Source: an uncultured Methanosarcinaceae archaeon (GTDB lineage: Archaea; Halobacteriota; Methanosarcinia; Methanosarcinales; Methanosarcinaceae). From it: a stretch of DNA of 64,000 bases. The notes beneath the pieces were generated by a model, which had not been told where the DNA came from, searched no databases, and saw nothing but the letters and a program-made list of their open reading frames with translations. Every line of letters starts with the position of its first letter. Within the stretch, counting starts at the first letter, position 1. Location: positions 160,001 to 224,000 of the forward strand of contig CAVTET010000012.1 of NCBI GenBank assembly GCA_963733675.1, written 5' to 3'. Below are positions 25,053 to 35,910 of this stretch, in pieces. Made by a program: the position numbers and the translations under genes.

Positions 25053-26192
25053 TCAGATCTTCTTCCGCATTAGAGACATTATGCCTGGCCTTGAAGAGTT
25101 CATCGTCTGTGGCAAAAAAACATCCATTTCACAGGAACTGAACATCTCCTCATTGAACCTTTTTGTTATTTCGTCGAAAATCATCTTGTATGCAGTGCAA
25201 TAAGGATCTATACCCCTTATTTCACCTCCTGTAGGAACTATGGCATTGTATGGGCATCCTCCTCTACAGTATTTAATGTGAGTACATTTGCCACATTCTT
25301 TGTCCACATATTCTTTAAACTTGTTCAAGCATTTCCATGCATTGGATTGGGAAAGGTCTTCCATAGTCGGATGGTCATATACATTACCCATAATCCATTC
25401 GTCCATGCCCACAAAGCGATAACATGGATATATATTTCCTTCAGGTCCAACTGCAAATGTGTCTCCCATGCAATCAACATATGTGCAGACAGTTCCCTTT
25501 CCTGTAAATACACATTTACACAGATGGTCAATATTCATAACTTCAATTTTACCCATATTTTCCAGATATTTGTCGAGAAGGTAAATTAAAAGTTCTCCAT
25601 ACTCTTCCGGATCAATTGTCCATTTTTTGGGATTTTCGCCTTTTAAAGAAGGTAGGCATGGGTGTAATTTGAGAGTAAAACCGTGCTCAAGATAAAAATT
25701 GAAAATTTCTTCCTTGAACTTTACGGAATGAGAAGTGAAAGTGGTAATGAATCTAACATTAAGTCCTTGGTTCCTTGCAATTTCGTAGCCCATCATTGTT
25801 TTTGTGTAGTACCCTTTTCCCCTTTGGAAGTCATTGAGCTCCTTTGGACCATCCAAACTTGAGCCTATGGGGATATTGTATTCAGCAAAAATTTTAGCTA
25901 TTTCCGGGGTAAGCTTCCAGAGGTTTGTCTGTATCGCAAAAGCTATTTTCCGTGTGCTTAAACCCTTAACAAGTATCTGTAGTGCTTCTAGATAAAAATC
26001 TGCTCCTGCTAGGAGTGGCTCCCCACCATGGAAAGTAAAAGTAACAGAATCTTCCCTTAAACTTTTAAGCCATTTAACAACTTCTGTTATCGTTTCAATG
26101 CTCATTATCGGAGATTTTTCCTCGGAACTCCAGCAGTAACTGCAATTAGCAGGGCAACCAAGGGTAGGTATAATCATTACTTGAAAAGGCAT
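25053..26192 (-). CDS. Radical SAM/SPASM peptide-modifying enzyme (TIGR04083 / Mhun_1560-like)
   Basis: IPTLGCPANCSYC (CxxxCxxC), FHGGEPLL, SLDGP, SPASM cysteines C..GNIYPCYRF..CGKC....CRGGCP...DPYC. Confidence 0.88.
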   Translation of the reverse strand: MPFQVMIIPTLGCPANCSYCWSSEEKSPIMSIETITEVVKWLKSLREDSVTFTFHGGEPLLAGADFYLEALQILVKGLSTRKIAFAIQTNLWKLTPEIAKIFAEYNIPIGSSLDGPKELNDFQRGKGYYTKTMMGYEIARNQGLNVRFITTFTSHSVKFKEEIFNFYLEHGFTLKLHPCLPSLKGENPKKWTIDPEEYGELLIYLLDKYLENMGKIEVMNIDHLCKCVFTGKGTVCTYVDCMGDTFAVGPEGNIYPCYRFVGMDEWIMGNVYDHPTMEDLSQSNAWKCLNKFKEYVDKECGKCTHIKYCRGGCPYNAIVPTGGEIRGIDPYCTAYKMIFDEITKRFNEEMFSSCEMDVFLPQTMNSSRPGIMSLMRKKI

Positions 26193-26409
26193 CTTTAAAG
26201 CTCCTTTTTTTAAGCTTCTTTAAATTATGAGTAGCTTTCTGAGTTAAGTACTTCACTGATTTTACTCCCCAATAAACGAAGCCTAAAAGTACCCTTTTAT
26301 TGGTGAAAAAACCTTAATGGGTCCTCGCTATTATATTAAGTATGAATATGGTCCTAAATAAGAATCAAATTCTTCGAATTACAGGCTCAAACTAATAAAA
26401 ATACTTTCT

Positions 26410-27110
26410 CAGCGATCTTTTTCTCTCTACTGACCCCACCCAGCATATTGGCCATGAAGGTTGCGTTTATTCTGGTTTCTGTTGCAGAATTTCCACCCAA
26501 TGAACTGCTATCCCTTGAAATTTCGGAAGAATTCCCATGTCTACCATTGATTTAGATCTTCTTTTTGGATGGAAAAAAACAACACGTGTATTTGTCATTG
26601 GAAACTGCATTGATCCAAAGTCCTTATCTCTTGATTTTCATCCCTATTTATCATTAATAGATGACATGAAAAATTTTTACATCTCCCTGATCATATTCCC
26701 AAATTTATCTAAATTTCGGAAAGATCCTCTTTCTACCCTAATTATGATAGCAGAACATATTTTCATCTTCACAATCTCATTAAAAAAACTCAGAAATCCT
26801 CCATGAATGATAAACTACTAATTTTTACAGTAGATTACTAAGCTAGAATATTAGGCTCATCTGGATATCTCACTGATTTAGGGAAAACAATTTCATTTGA
26901 TATTCCACAGTAAGGAAAAATCTCTATCAACTTCCATTTTCTATAAAAATAAGATTTATTGGTGGAATATCAAAACTTTGTCTATTCTCATGGGCTCCAA
27001 CTTCAACATCTCAATAGAGTAACCACATTCTTTGTAGTAGTTCAAAGAGTGTTTCATTAGACAACCCGTATCATTACTGATCTCAGAGTTCCATTTGAAA
27101 ACAACCGGGC
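26410..27110 (-). mobile_element. Degraded IS66-family transposase relic
   Basis: Reverse-strand fragments FFHPKRRSKSMVDMGILPKFQGIAVH and PYCGISNEIVFPKSVRYP.EPNILA. Confidence 0.65.
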
Positions 27111-27329
27111 AGGAAAGGATAATAAGAATAATGAAATTAAAATAAAAATATATTGAAATTTAGAACCACGCAAGGAGTTGAAGCTTCCTACAGAATTAGA
27201 GCCTACATTTCTGCGATCAAAAGAAGCAATTTCCCAATTATAGAAGTTATTCTAGCGCTATTCAATGGAACAAAATTAACTATACCCTAATAGTTACAGT
27301 TACCAAATTCAAATATTTTTGTTTACTTA

Positions 27330-27850
27330 TATTCTTTTTTCTTCATGGTTTCCCTGATTTTAAACATATTTTCTAAGTACATAGGAAGTTGTATCATCAC
27401 TCACAGTTCCAATGTAACCTTCACAACTCCAAAGTTCAAAACCAAACAATTGTTTTTAATCGCAGATTATTGTTTAATTTTTATTGCGATGATACCTATT
27501 ATAATCTCATCACTCTTGAAGTAAAATATTTTGTTTCAGCACCAACTAAAAGATGCACATGATCAATATCATTATAGGCTTCAGCAAACCTAACACAGTA
27601 TATTTTACCAATTTTGAAGCATACATATTTCAAATAGTTGATGATATATTTGTCTAAGAAGAAATTTTTCACGACACTTAACACAAAAAATAATGTGATA
27701 TCTTATTTTATGAGCACAATGGCCTTTGGGTGACGTAGTTCCATTTCATAGTGTAAGGCTAAATTAACATATAAACACGTTAGTTAATAACGGTTTTCTG
27801 GGGAGTTACCATCCCAGCAGCAAGATGTTGGATACTTGACTGGGGTAAAG
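27330..27850 (-). mobile_element. Degraded IS200/IS605 tnpA relic
   Basis: DIDHVHLLVGAETKYFTSRVM (HUH motif HVH), GYIGTVSDDTTS; end motif CCCAGCAGCAAGATG. Confidence 0.75.
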
Positions 27851-27993
27851 TCAGCCAACTTAAATTCACTCATTAAATCTTCATTAATGTGGCTGAAGAT
27901 ATTGTTTTATCCCCGTTAAATAGTTTCTGTATATCAAAAAATTGAAACATATACAATTAATAATAAGTTCAGTTCTTATTGTTAGGGTTTAAG

Positions 27994-29766
27994 ATGACAT
28001 CGGCGATTGAATGGGCTGAAAAATACCGTCCCCAGAGCCTCAAAGAGATAGTGGGGAACAAGAGGGCAGTGCAATATTTGAGGACATGGGCTGATGATTG
28101 GCTTTTTGGGATACCTGAGAAAAGGGCAGTGATCCTTCATGGACCACCAGGAATAGGTAAGACTTCGAGTGCTCATGCTCTTGCTCGGGATCTGGCCTGG
28201 GAAGTAATCGAACTCAATGCAAGTGACCAGAGGACTGCAGGTATAATTGAGAAGATTGCAGGGTCGGCAGCGTTTATGAATACTTTCTTTGGAAAAAAAC
28301 GCTTGATTATCCTAGATGAGGCAGACAATATTCATGGGAGTGCAGATAGAGGTGGAATGCGGGCTATTGCAGGGATTATAAAATCTACGCTCCAACCAAT
28401 CGTGCTGATTGCAAACGATGTTTATGGGTTAAACTCTACTATCAGGAACTTCTGCCTTGAAATAAAGTTCGGATCCGTACAAAGTCGTTCAATGATATCT
28501 GATTTGAATAAAGTATGTGAGAGTGAAGGAATCTCATGCAACCCGGATGTAGTCCAAATGATTGCGGAAAATGCTGGAGGAGACTTCCGGAGTGCAATAA
28601 ATGACCTTCAAGCTGCAGCTATAGGGAAGAAAGTGCTGGAAGCAAAAGATATCAGCACTTCAGGCAGGGACACCCGAAAAAACATTTTCAAGGCGATGCA
28701 GACAATATTTAAGAGCACTGACTGTAAAAAGGCCCTTGAGGTTACCCGCGGTCTCGATGAAAGTCCTGAAGATCTTGTACACTGGATCGATGAGAATCTG
28801 CCTATTCAGTATTCATGCAAAGACGGTAAAATTGGAGATATAAGAACTGGCTTTGGTTATCTCTCAAGGGCTGACCTCTATCTTGGGCGCGTGAAGAAAC
28901 GTCAAAACTATCGGATGTGGAGATATGCCAGCATGCTTATGGTCTGCGGAGCTGTAATATCAAAGACAAAATCCTACCCAGGATTTATTAAATTCCAGCA
29001 GCCTTCTCTCTGGAGAAGACTCGGACAGACCCGTTCAAAAAGAGATCTCCGAGACAATATAGCTTCAAAAATTGGAGAACATAGCTTTAAATCACTGCGT
29101 TATTCCAGAAAAAACCTGCTAAATCTGTACTCTCATATGGTAAAAGATGAAACATCTTCTATTGAAGTTATTGGATGCCTACGGCTTGAACTTGAGGAAT
29201 TTATGTACCTCTCAGGAAGCACAAAAGCTAGTAAAAAGATGCAAAAAATATATGATGAGGCACAGGAATTTCTCAGTGAAGTAAACGGAGAAGCAAAAAA
29301 AACGGAATTTTTCAAAATTCCTGTACCTTCAAAAAATAATAAGCAGATTTCTTCTGGTTGCACAGTTAAAAGTCAAGGGGAAAAAGAAGAAAAAACTTCT
29401 GGAAAATCCGACATTTCCGAACTCCGAGTTTCTGAAGACGAGCAAAAAATTATCAACCTCGAATTTAATTTTTCCTCTAAGATTTCTGGAGAAAATAAGC
29501 CTTTTGAAAGTAATAAACCTGATAGCCTTATAAATGATAACCTTATCGCTGAAAATCCTCAGTATTTAGAAGAGAACGTTTTTTCTCAGTCTGAACCTGT
29601 AGACAACAAAATCTCTACCGAGCCTTCACGACTGAATAGCCCTGCAAAAAAAGAACCTTTTTCCGAGAAAGTTACTGAACTTAAATCTATTAATTTTGAT
29701 ATTGAAGCAGAGGAAGTTCCTAAAAAATTGGAGTCTAAATCTCAAAAAACACTCTTCGATTTTTAA
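27994..29766 (+). CDS. rfcL: Replication factor C large subunit
   Basis: [17 protein letters not shown] Walker [28 protein letters not shown]; C-terminal PIP box QKTLFDF. Confidence 0.95.
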   Translation: MTSAIEWAEKYRPQSLKEIVGNKRAVQYLRTWADDWLFGIPEKRAVILHGPPGIGKTSSAHALARDLAWEVIELNASDQRTAGIIEKIAGSAAFMNTFFGKKRLIILDEADNIHGSADRGGMRAIAGIIKSTLQPIVLIANDVYGLNSTIRNFCLEIKFGSVQSRSMISDLNKVCESEGISCNPDVVQMIAENAGGDFRSAINDLQAAAIGKKVLEAKDISTSGRDTRKNIFKAMQTIFKSTDCKKALEVTRGLDESPEDLVHWIDENLPIQYSCKDGKIGDIRTGFGYLSRADLYLGRVKKRQNYRMWRYASMLMVCGAVISKTKSYPGFIKFQQPSLWRRLGQTRSKRDLRDNIASKIGEHSFKSLRYSRKNLLNLYSHMVKDETSSIEVIGCLRLELEEFMYLSGSTKASKKMQKIYDEAQEFLSEVNGEAKKTEFFKIPVPSKNNKQISSGCTVKSQGEKEEKTSGKSDISELRVSEDEQKIINLEFNFSSKISGENKPFESNKPDSLINDNLIAENPQYLEENVFSQSEPVDNKISTEPSRLNSPAKKEPFSEKVTELKSINFDIEAEEVPKKLESKSQKTLFDF

Positions 29767-29918
29767 TTCATTTCTCTATTTATAGTAAGTAGTACATCCT
29801 ATAGACTTCTGATTAACGAGTCATTGAATCTGCAACATATATTAGTATAATATTGATTTAAAGTTCTCTTTATTCCGCATGGAACCTTAAATCATAGAAG
29901 AGCTCGATCCTTGAGAAC

Positions 29919-30689
29919 CTATAGCTTTGGTCTTTCAAAAAGAGCAGGATATTTTTCTTTTAATGGTATGAGGAGCTTGTCGTCTAATTTTGTATTATAA
30001 AGTGTTTTAACTTTTGAAAGTTGGTCAATTGTTAATTCGTTGACTCCTTTAAGATTAGCCCCTTCAAAATCAGCCCCTTTAAGGTTAGCTTTTTTAAGGC
30101 TAGCTCTTTCAAGGTTAGCTTTTTTAAGATTAGCTCCTTCAAGGTTCGCTCCTACAAGGTTCGCTCCTACAAGGTCAGTTCCTTCAAAGTTAGTCCCTAC
30201 AAGGTCAGTTCCTTCGAGGTCAGCTTCTTCAAGATTAGCTTTCTTAAAATCAGTTCCTTCAAGATTCGCTCCTTCAAAGTTAGCCCCGTCGAGGTTAGCT
30301 TCTTCGAAATCCTCAAATTTCACATCAAGCACTTGAAGTTCCCTGATAGTTCCTTCCTTATCGTAACATGTCCAGCTCTGTCTATCATAAGGATAGCCAA
30401 CTATTATATGGCAATTTCCTGTTTTTGAAAAAAGGTGTAGATCAGCTTGTGAAGGTTTGCGGTTTGGACCTGGGTGGCTGTGAATCGAGCCTGCAGCTTT
30501 GACATTCGGCATCATAAAAAGTTTTATAACTGTGTTTTGTTCACTGGAATCGGTGCCCGGCAGTACAAACACTTCAGTGATGATGCAGTTATTCTCCTGT
30601 AAAAGGCCTGCAAACTCCTCCGGTGCCATTGACTTGCTGGCTTCGAGTATAAAATTGAGAGTATCACTAGCTATTCCCTTAATTTGCGT
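29919..30689 (-). CDS. JAMM/MPN+ metallo-isopeptidase fused to C-terminal pentapeptide repeats; apparent ACG start
   Basis: EEFAGLL...HSHPGPNRKPSQAD JAMM motif, then A(N/D)LxG-type pentapeptide repeats. In-frame upstream extension TQIKGIASDTLNFILEASKS begins at ACG 30689. Confidence 0.8.
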   Translation of the reverse strand, partial: TQIKGIASDTLNFILEASKSMAPEEFAGLLQENNCIITEVFVLPGTDSSEQNTVIKLFMMPNVKAAGSIHSHPGPNRKPSQADLHLFSKTGNCHIIVGYPYDRQSWTCYDKEGTIRELQVLDVKFEDFEEANLDGANFEGANLEGTDFKKANLEEADLEGTDLVGTNFEGTDLVGANLVGANLEGANLKKANLERASLKKANLKGADFEGANLKGVNELTIDQLSKVKTLYNTKLDDKLLIPLKEKYPALFERPKL

Positions 30690-31900
30690 AAATGATTATT
30701 CTCCTGAATTTGTATCATAAATTGTTTTAGCTTTAGATAGTTGATTTAGTGATAAATTCCAAGTTATTGGCTCTTTAATTACTTTCTGATTGATTAAATT
30801 TTTTAACCCGTTTTCAAGTGAAAAAAGAAAAAAAGTAATTAAGATCGTGGATACTCATTGATTTAGTTATATTTGTTTACTCAATAAAATTTAATTTTTT
30901 TTTGTGAATGTTTGGATGTTATGACATTGCCTTCGTTCTGTTTCCCCTGAGTGGCAGAGTCACAACATCGACGGAATAACCTTGTCAAATCTTTCTTACA
31001 TAAATAAGTTTTAACCTTGTTACCAGAATCTCCACTATGGTCTTATTTAGCTATGGGGTCTTCAATTGTCTTATTAACTAATTTTGTTACCCCGATAGCA
31101 GACTTAGAAGCTCTTAGTGGGTGATGTTGTTTCATCCCCGGCTCATGACTTGATAATTGCAGTCTTATTGGTATGTTTGCATCCACCTCGCTATTTTGAA
31201 GGCTGTAAAGGTATCAAGATCCGGTGCCTAATTATTCATCCAATAGGCTCCGTTTTCTTAAAATTAAAATCGTTCATAACCCCCTAAAATCAGCACTGCC
31301 ACAATTGACCACATGTTGAATTCATCAATATAACGGCATATGAGCCAATGCAAAAGGGAAGGATCTAGAAAACAATTAAGCGTCTGCTAGTTATCTTGAA
31401 GATCTGATCTATTTTGCCAGGCTTCATGATATCTATCAGCTATTGATTCTACAAATCTTTGTTTATTACATTTTACAGTAATGGTCTTGTTTTAAATACT
31501 AGTATGTTAGATTATGAATGAATAAGATTAGTCTTTTGGAGCTATAACAAATAGTAACTACTTTTGTTTCTCCGTGTATTTTTCGGTGAACATTCAGAGA
31601 GTTCTTTTATAGTAGTGACTATGCAATATCTAGTCCTCCGAGCTTTCCTGATGCAGCCATTTTTTTCCGGAAATTTTAAGTTCAAAGTTCTGAATGGCCT
31701 TGCAAATTTCATCCCCTTTCTTTGCATCCTCGTAAAATATGCGAATTTTTCACAACAAAGAAGGGGATTTCCTGAAGCAGAGATTTCCTTTTACGTCAGC
31801 TATTTACAAAATCATAGCTGTATTATCATTTTTCGATCTAGATACATGAAGATGCTTATTTAGTTATAATGACCTATGTCTAGCTATATATCAGTTTAGA

Positions 31901-32305
31901 TCATATCAATTTTTTACCTGCGCTTGGGCCGGGAGAACACTGGAAGACATCACTAATTTTGATTTCTATTAGATTCTTTGCGGGAAGTCCGGGTTTTGTT
32001 GTATGCACAATTTCTTTCATTTTTTCAAATTTTTCTCCAGCACTAATAATTTCCGCTTTACCTTTTATCTGGAAACAGCCACCTGTATCTGGACCCCATA
32101 TATAGAATGCAACAACAGGATTTTCTTCCAGGTTTGCCAGCGATTTGATCATGAAATTATCTGCAATCCAGACTGTCTCATCATCTACAAGCCGGCAGAA
32201 CCCTATCGGCACTACATTCGGAATTCCATCTTTTGAGGCAGTAGCCACAGGAAAGATCTTCACCATTGAGAAAGCTTTTTTCATCTCTTCAGTTAATTTT
32301 GCCAT
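31901..32305 (-). CDS. Pyridoxamine 5'-phosphate oxidase-like FMN-binding protein
   Basis: PVATASKDGIPNVVP, IADNFMIKSLANLEENP, FQIKGKA, CSPGPSAGKK. Confidence 0.9.
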   Translation of the reverse strand: MAKLTEEMKKAFSMVKIFPVATASKDGIPNVVPIGFCRLVDDETVWIADNFMIKSLANLEENPVVAFYIWGPDTGGCFQIKGKAEIISAGEKFEKMKEIVHTTKPGLPAKNLIEIKISDVFQCSPGPSAGKKLI

Positions 32306-32641
32306 AGTATTCACCATAAAGATGGTTGCTGTATAAATTTATATATTTAAGCATTAGAATTTTGTATCGTATATTTTATTAATATATTTTCATTACCTTA
32401 CAAGGTAAAAAAATATCCTGCGAAATATTTTTTTAAGGGGAAAAAGGATGAATTTGTAGTTTATGTATAACATTTCGGATATGAACAAATAATACTAGAA
32501 AAAATCGGCTACAAAGAGATAAATATTAAGAATCTCGATGAACTTCTGATCTTCACGAATCACTTATATACAGTTTATCCGCATATGACGAAATTTAGGG
32601 TTCATCGGAATCCTCTTGAGACTTGGACAGACTGATTTATT

Positions 32642-32760
32642 TAGGACTTATGCGGGTTAGCCGAAAAATCAGTAGCATCATGCATTAATTTGTCTAATAT
32701 ATAAGCTAAAATAACAATTTTCATTGTGCCTAATTTTGGACTTATATCGCGTAAGTCCTA
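32642..32760. mobile_element. MITE, 119 bp, non-coding
   Basis: Terminal inverted repeats TAGGACTTATGCG / CGCGTAAGTCCTA (12 of 13 match). Confidence 0.75.
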
Positions 32761-32814
32761 TTATATGAAAATTTCACGAAACAAAATTATGGATAAACTA
32801 TAAATAGAGGGGAA

Positions 32815-33520
32815 TATCACTGAAAATAAATTTGGAAAATAATGCTTTTTGTGAGTGGATCAGGAAAAATAAGGATAGCAAATATCTTTTTGATGGGATC
32901 GGAGGGTTAAGTTCTCCGATCTCAATCTACCTTGCGGTCGCAGGTGTTTTTGGGAATAATAATTAAAGATCTTGATTAGTGGATCCTAGTAATCTAAAAA
33001 AGCAGTTCTCCACCATGAATTGTATATCGGGGTAGATAAGATAAAATCCGCAGAGGAAAAATTGCTTTCTCTAAATCTTGGAAATAAAATTAAAAACAAT
33101 CAAAGGAAGAATAATTGATGAGAATTCAAGTTAAATAGTTATACTTTTGATCAGAAAATAAATGCGCTGGATAACTTGGATATCAGGGCGCTTTGAAAAA
33201 CCCTGCTATGAAGCAAAAGATACTCCTAATTTACGGTGCGTTCTAATGTTATCGAGGCCAGATAACAACAATAATCTCAGGAAAAACCTCATCTCTTTTC
33301 TGTATTTTTCGCATTACTTTTAAAAAGAAATATTTATATTATTGAGCAATACCAAGGGTATAAGTATAATTCAGGCAAAAAAGTAATTGAATACCTATCC
33401 AAGCGAGGAAAATTTCGGAAAATAGTCTCTTGTTATGGAGGTCTTTATTGCTCTTTTAGCGAATTAAATGTTGATAAGCCAGAGAATGTTACAGTAAGTG
33501 GAATTGGAAAAAGAGAGTAA
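32815..33520 (+). pseudogene. ThiF/MoeB/HesA (E1-like adenylyltransferase), heavily degraded
   Basis: GIGGLSSPISIYLAVAGV, SNL.KQFLH, K.KSAEEKLLSLN, ALDNLDIR and PLIYGA fragments, with many stops. Confidence 0.75.
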
Positions 33521-33579
33521 AAGATTGAAAAACAGATTTTCTACAGGTTTACTCCTGCATTTTGAGGAACAAGATTATT

Positions 33580-34493
33580 ATGGAAAACCAGAAAATTGCA
33601 GAGGAAATAAACAAAATTAAAAAGAGAAAAATGCAATAATAATTTCACATTTTTATACACGGAGAGAAGTTCAGGATGTTTCTGATTTTGTTGCAGATTC
33701 CCTTTCACTCTGTAAGGCAGCATTGAACTCAAAAACTGAAATTATAGTTTTTGCAGGTGTCCATTTCATGGCAGAGTCGGCATCGATCATCTCCCCTGAA
33801 AAGCTAGTCCTTTTACCAGTTCCTGATGCCGTATGCCCAATGGCGGATATGGTAACTGTGGAATCTCTACGATGTTTGAAAGAAAAAAATTCTGATGCAG
33901 CAGTTGTATGCTATGTAAATAGTTCAGCTGCAGTAAAAGCAGAATCTGATATATGCTGCACATCTGCAAATGCAATAAATGTGGTAAATTCTATTGAAAA
34001 CCAGGAAATTATTTTCATCCCTGACAAAAACTTGGGAAGGTTTGTATCCCTTCACACCAAAAAAAAAATACATCTTTGGCCTGGATTTTGTCATGTTCAT
34101 GACAGCATTAGTGATGAAAATATAAACAAATTAAAAAAAATGCATCCAGATGTCGAATTTTTGGCACATCCTGAGTGTAGGCCTGAAGTCCTGAGCCTTG
34201 CAGATAATATTCTCAGTACCTCAGGTATTATAAATGAAGTTGGGAAATCAAGTTCAAAGGAGTTTATAATCGGAACTGAAACGGAAATCGTTCAGAACCT
34301 GAAAAGAAACTATCCGGATAAAAAGTTCTATCCTGCATCTGAGAAGGCTCTTTGTTACAACATGAAAAAAATCACACTTGAATCCATCCTTAACAGCCTT
34401 CAAAATATGGAATATGAGCTTTATATCCCTGGGTATATAAGAATGAAAGCGAAAAAAGCGCTGGATAGGATGCTTGAAATCAGTGGAAATTGA
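33580..34493 (+). pseudogene. nadA: Quinolinate synthase NadA with a frameshift near codon 17
   Basis: ATG 33580 MENQKIAEEINKIKKRK ends in TAA. The other frame continues NAIIISHFYTRREVQDVSDFVADSLSL into FAGVHFMAESA, CPMADM, YVNSSA, CCTS, CHVH, AHPEC, CYNMKK. Confidence 0.8.
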
Positions 34494-34657
34494 AGTCGAG
34501 AAAGGAAGGTAGAATCCTTTCCTTGAATTTTTTGAGAAATTTTCCCCGAATTTATCAATTCTTCACCCTGCTTTATAATTCAATGAGATGACTATTTATA
34601 CCTAAATCAAACTCGTGAATATTTGATCATAGTTGTAATGTGTGTCGAATGATGGGT

Positions 34658-34730
34658 TTCAGGATGGCAGAGTGACTATGCTTCCGGTTGCAACCATGAA
34701 ATAAGTGAATTTGATCCTCAATTATTTGGA
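34658..34730 (+). pseudogene. Degenerate tRNA-Cys (GCA)-like sequence
   Basis: CAGGATGGCAGAGTGACTATGC D-arm, CCGG-TT-GCA-AC anticodon arm, eroded T-arm TTTGATCC. Confidence 0.5.
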
Positions 34731-34978
34731 AATTGTTGGGAAAAAGTATAGTAAAGAGATGTGCAGGTATACATGTGCAGGTATTATTGTAACTTTGAAG
34801 CCTTATTTGCCTTTCAAGATATGAGATAGTTTTTCAGAGGAATTTTACCTATATAATGATTGTTTAAGAGATGAAAATGACCGATTCGAATAAACGTAGA
34901 AAACAAGCAATTTGTATTGCATCCCTACTCTCCCTACTTAGTTTTTTGCTATTGATACATCTCGGATATGAGTACAAA

Positions 34979-35910
34979 GGTTCCGTTGCAAAAAATTCAA
35001 AAAAATATGTAAATCTATAAGTAATGAATAAAAATCAAAATATTAAAGGAAAATGGATTCCGTTGCAAAAAATCCTTTCTAATGATACAATAGAATAAAA
35101 CGAAAACCAAAGATAGTAATATGCTATCTAATTCCTTTAAATGGAAGCATTACGAAGGAGAAATTATCCTATTAAATTTAAGATGGTACTTAAAATATCC
35201 ATTGAGCTATAGAAATTTAAAGGAAATGATGATAGAAAGAGGAATTCAAGTTGATCACAGTACTATAATGAGATGGGTGCATCAATATTTCCCTGAGATA
35301 GAAAAAAAGATCAGAAGACATTTAAGACTAACAAATGATTCATGGAGAGTTGATGAAACCTATATCAAAGTAAAAGGTAAATGGAAATATCTTTATCGAG
35401 CAGTTGATTCCAATGTAGATACAATTGATTTCATGTTAAGTTCAAAACGAGATAGAAAGGCAGCGAAGAGATTCTTTAAGAAAGCTTTAAGTTCTAATCA
35501 TAATCAAATTCCAAGATTAATAACCGTTGATAAGAATCCAGCTTATCCACCTGCTATAGATAAACTAAAAATTGATAAAATACTACCTAAAAACGTAGGC
35601 ATTCGACAAATCAAGTATTTGAATAACATTATAGAACAAGATCATAGATCTATAAAGCGAATCGTTAATCCAATATTAGGATTTCAGTCTTTTCGGTCTG
35701 CTAATAAAACTTTAAAAATAATTGAAACTATGAATATGATCAAAAAAGGACAAGTCAATAATTTAAATTACTCTGTTCTTAATGAAGTCAAATACATTAA
35801 TCAATTGTTTGGTATAGTTTTATAATGTTAGTACATTTTCCTTGAATACTTTGATTTTTATTCATTACTTATAGATTTACATATTTTTTTGAATTTTTTG
35901 CAACGGAACC
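34979..35910 (+). mobile_element. IS6-family element, 932-bp variant with extended left end
   Basis: Outer IR GGTTCCGTTGCAAAA at 34979, inner altered IR GGATTCCGTTGCAAAA at 35055, right IR ending at 35910. Confidence 0.95.
35121..35825 (+). CDS. IS6-family DDE transposase
   Basis: Intact 234 aa, closely similar to 7001..7705. Confidence 0.95.
   Translation: MLSNSFKWKHYEGEIILLNLRWYLKYPLSYRNLKEMMIERGIQVDHSTIMRWVHQYFPEIEKKIRRHLRLTNDSWRVDETYIKVKGKWKYLYRAVDSNVDTIDFMLSSKRDRKAAKRFFKKALSSNHNQIPRLITVDKNPAYPPAIDKLKIDKILPKNVGIRQIKYLNNIIEQDHRSIKRIVNPILGFQSFRSANKTLKIIETMNMIKKGQVNNLNYSVLNEVKYINQLFGIVL

Noticed and set aside
30040-30336. 98-aa repetitive + strand ORF (RLAPS repeats)
   Set aside because: Antisense shadow of the pentapeptide repeats.
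30900-31500. Coding-like eroded sequence (also 21400-21950, 5070-5500 and 63300-63900)
   Set aside because: Probably gene or transposase remnants, but no motif could be identified with enough support to name them.
29919-33520. JAMM plus ThiF as a CBASS/Bil-like ubiquitin-conjugation defence operon
   Set aside because: The genes are divergent and separated by unrelated sequence, with no E2, cyclase or clear Ubl. The ThiF gene is a degraded housekeeping-type copy.
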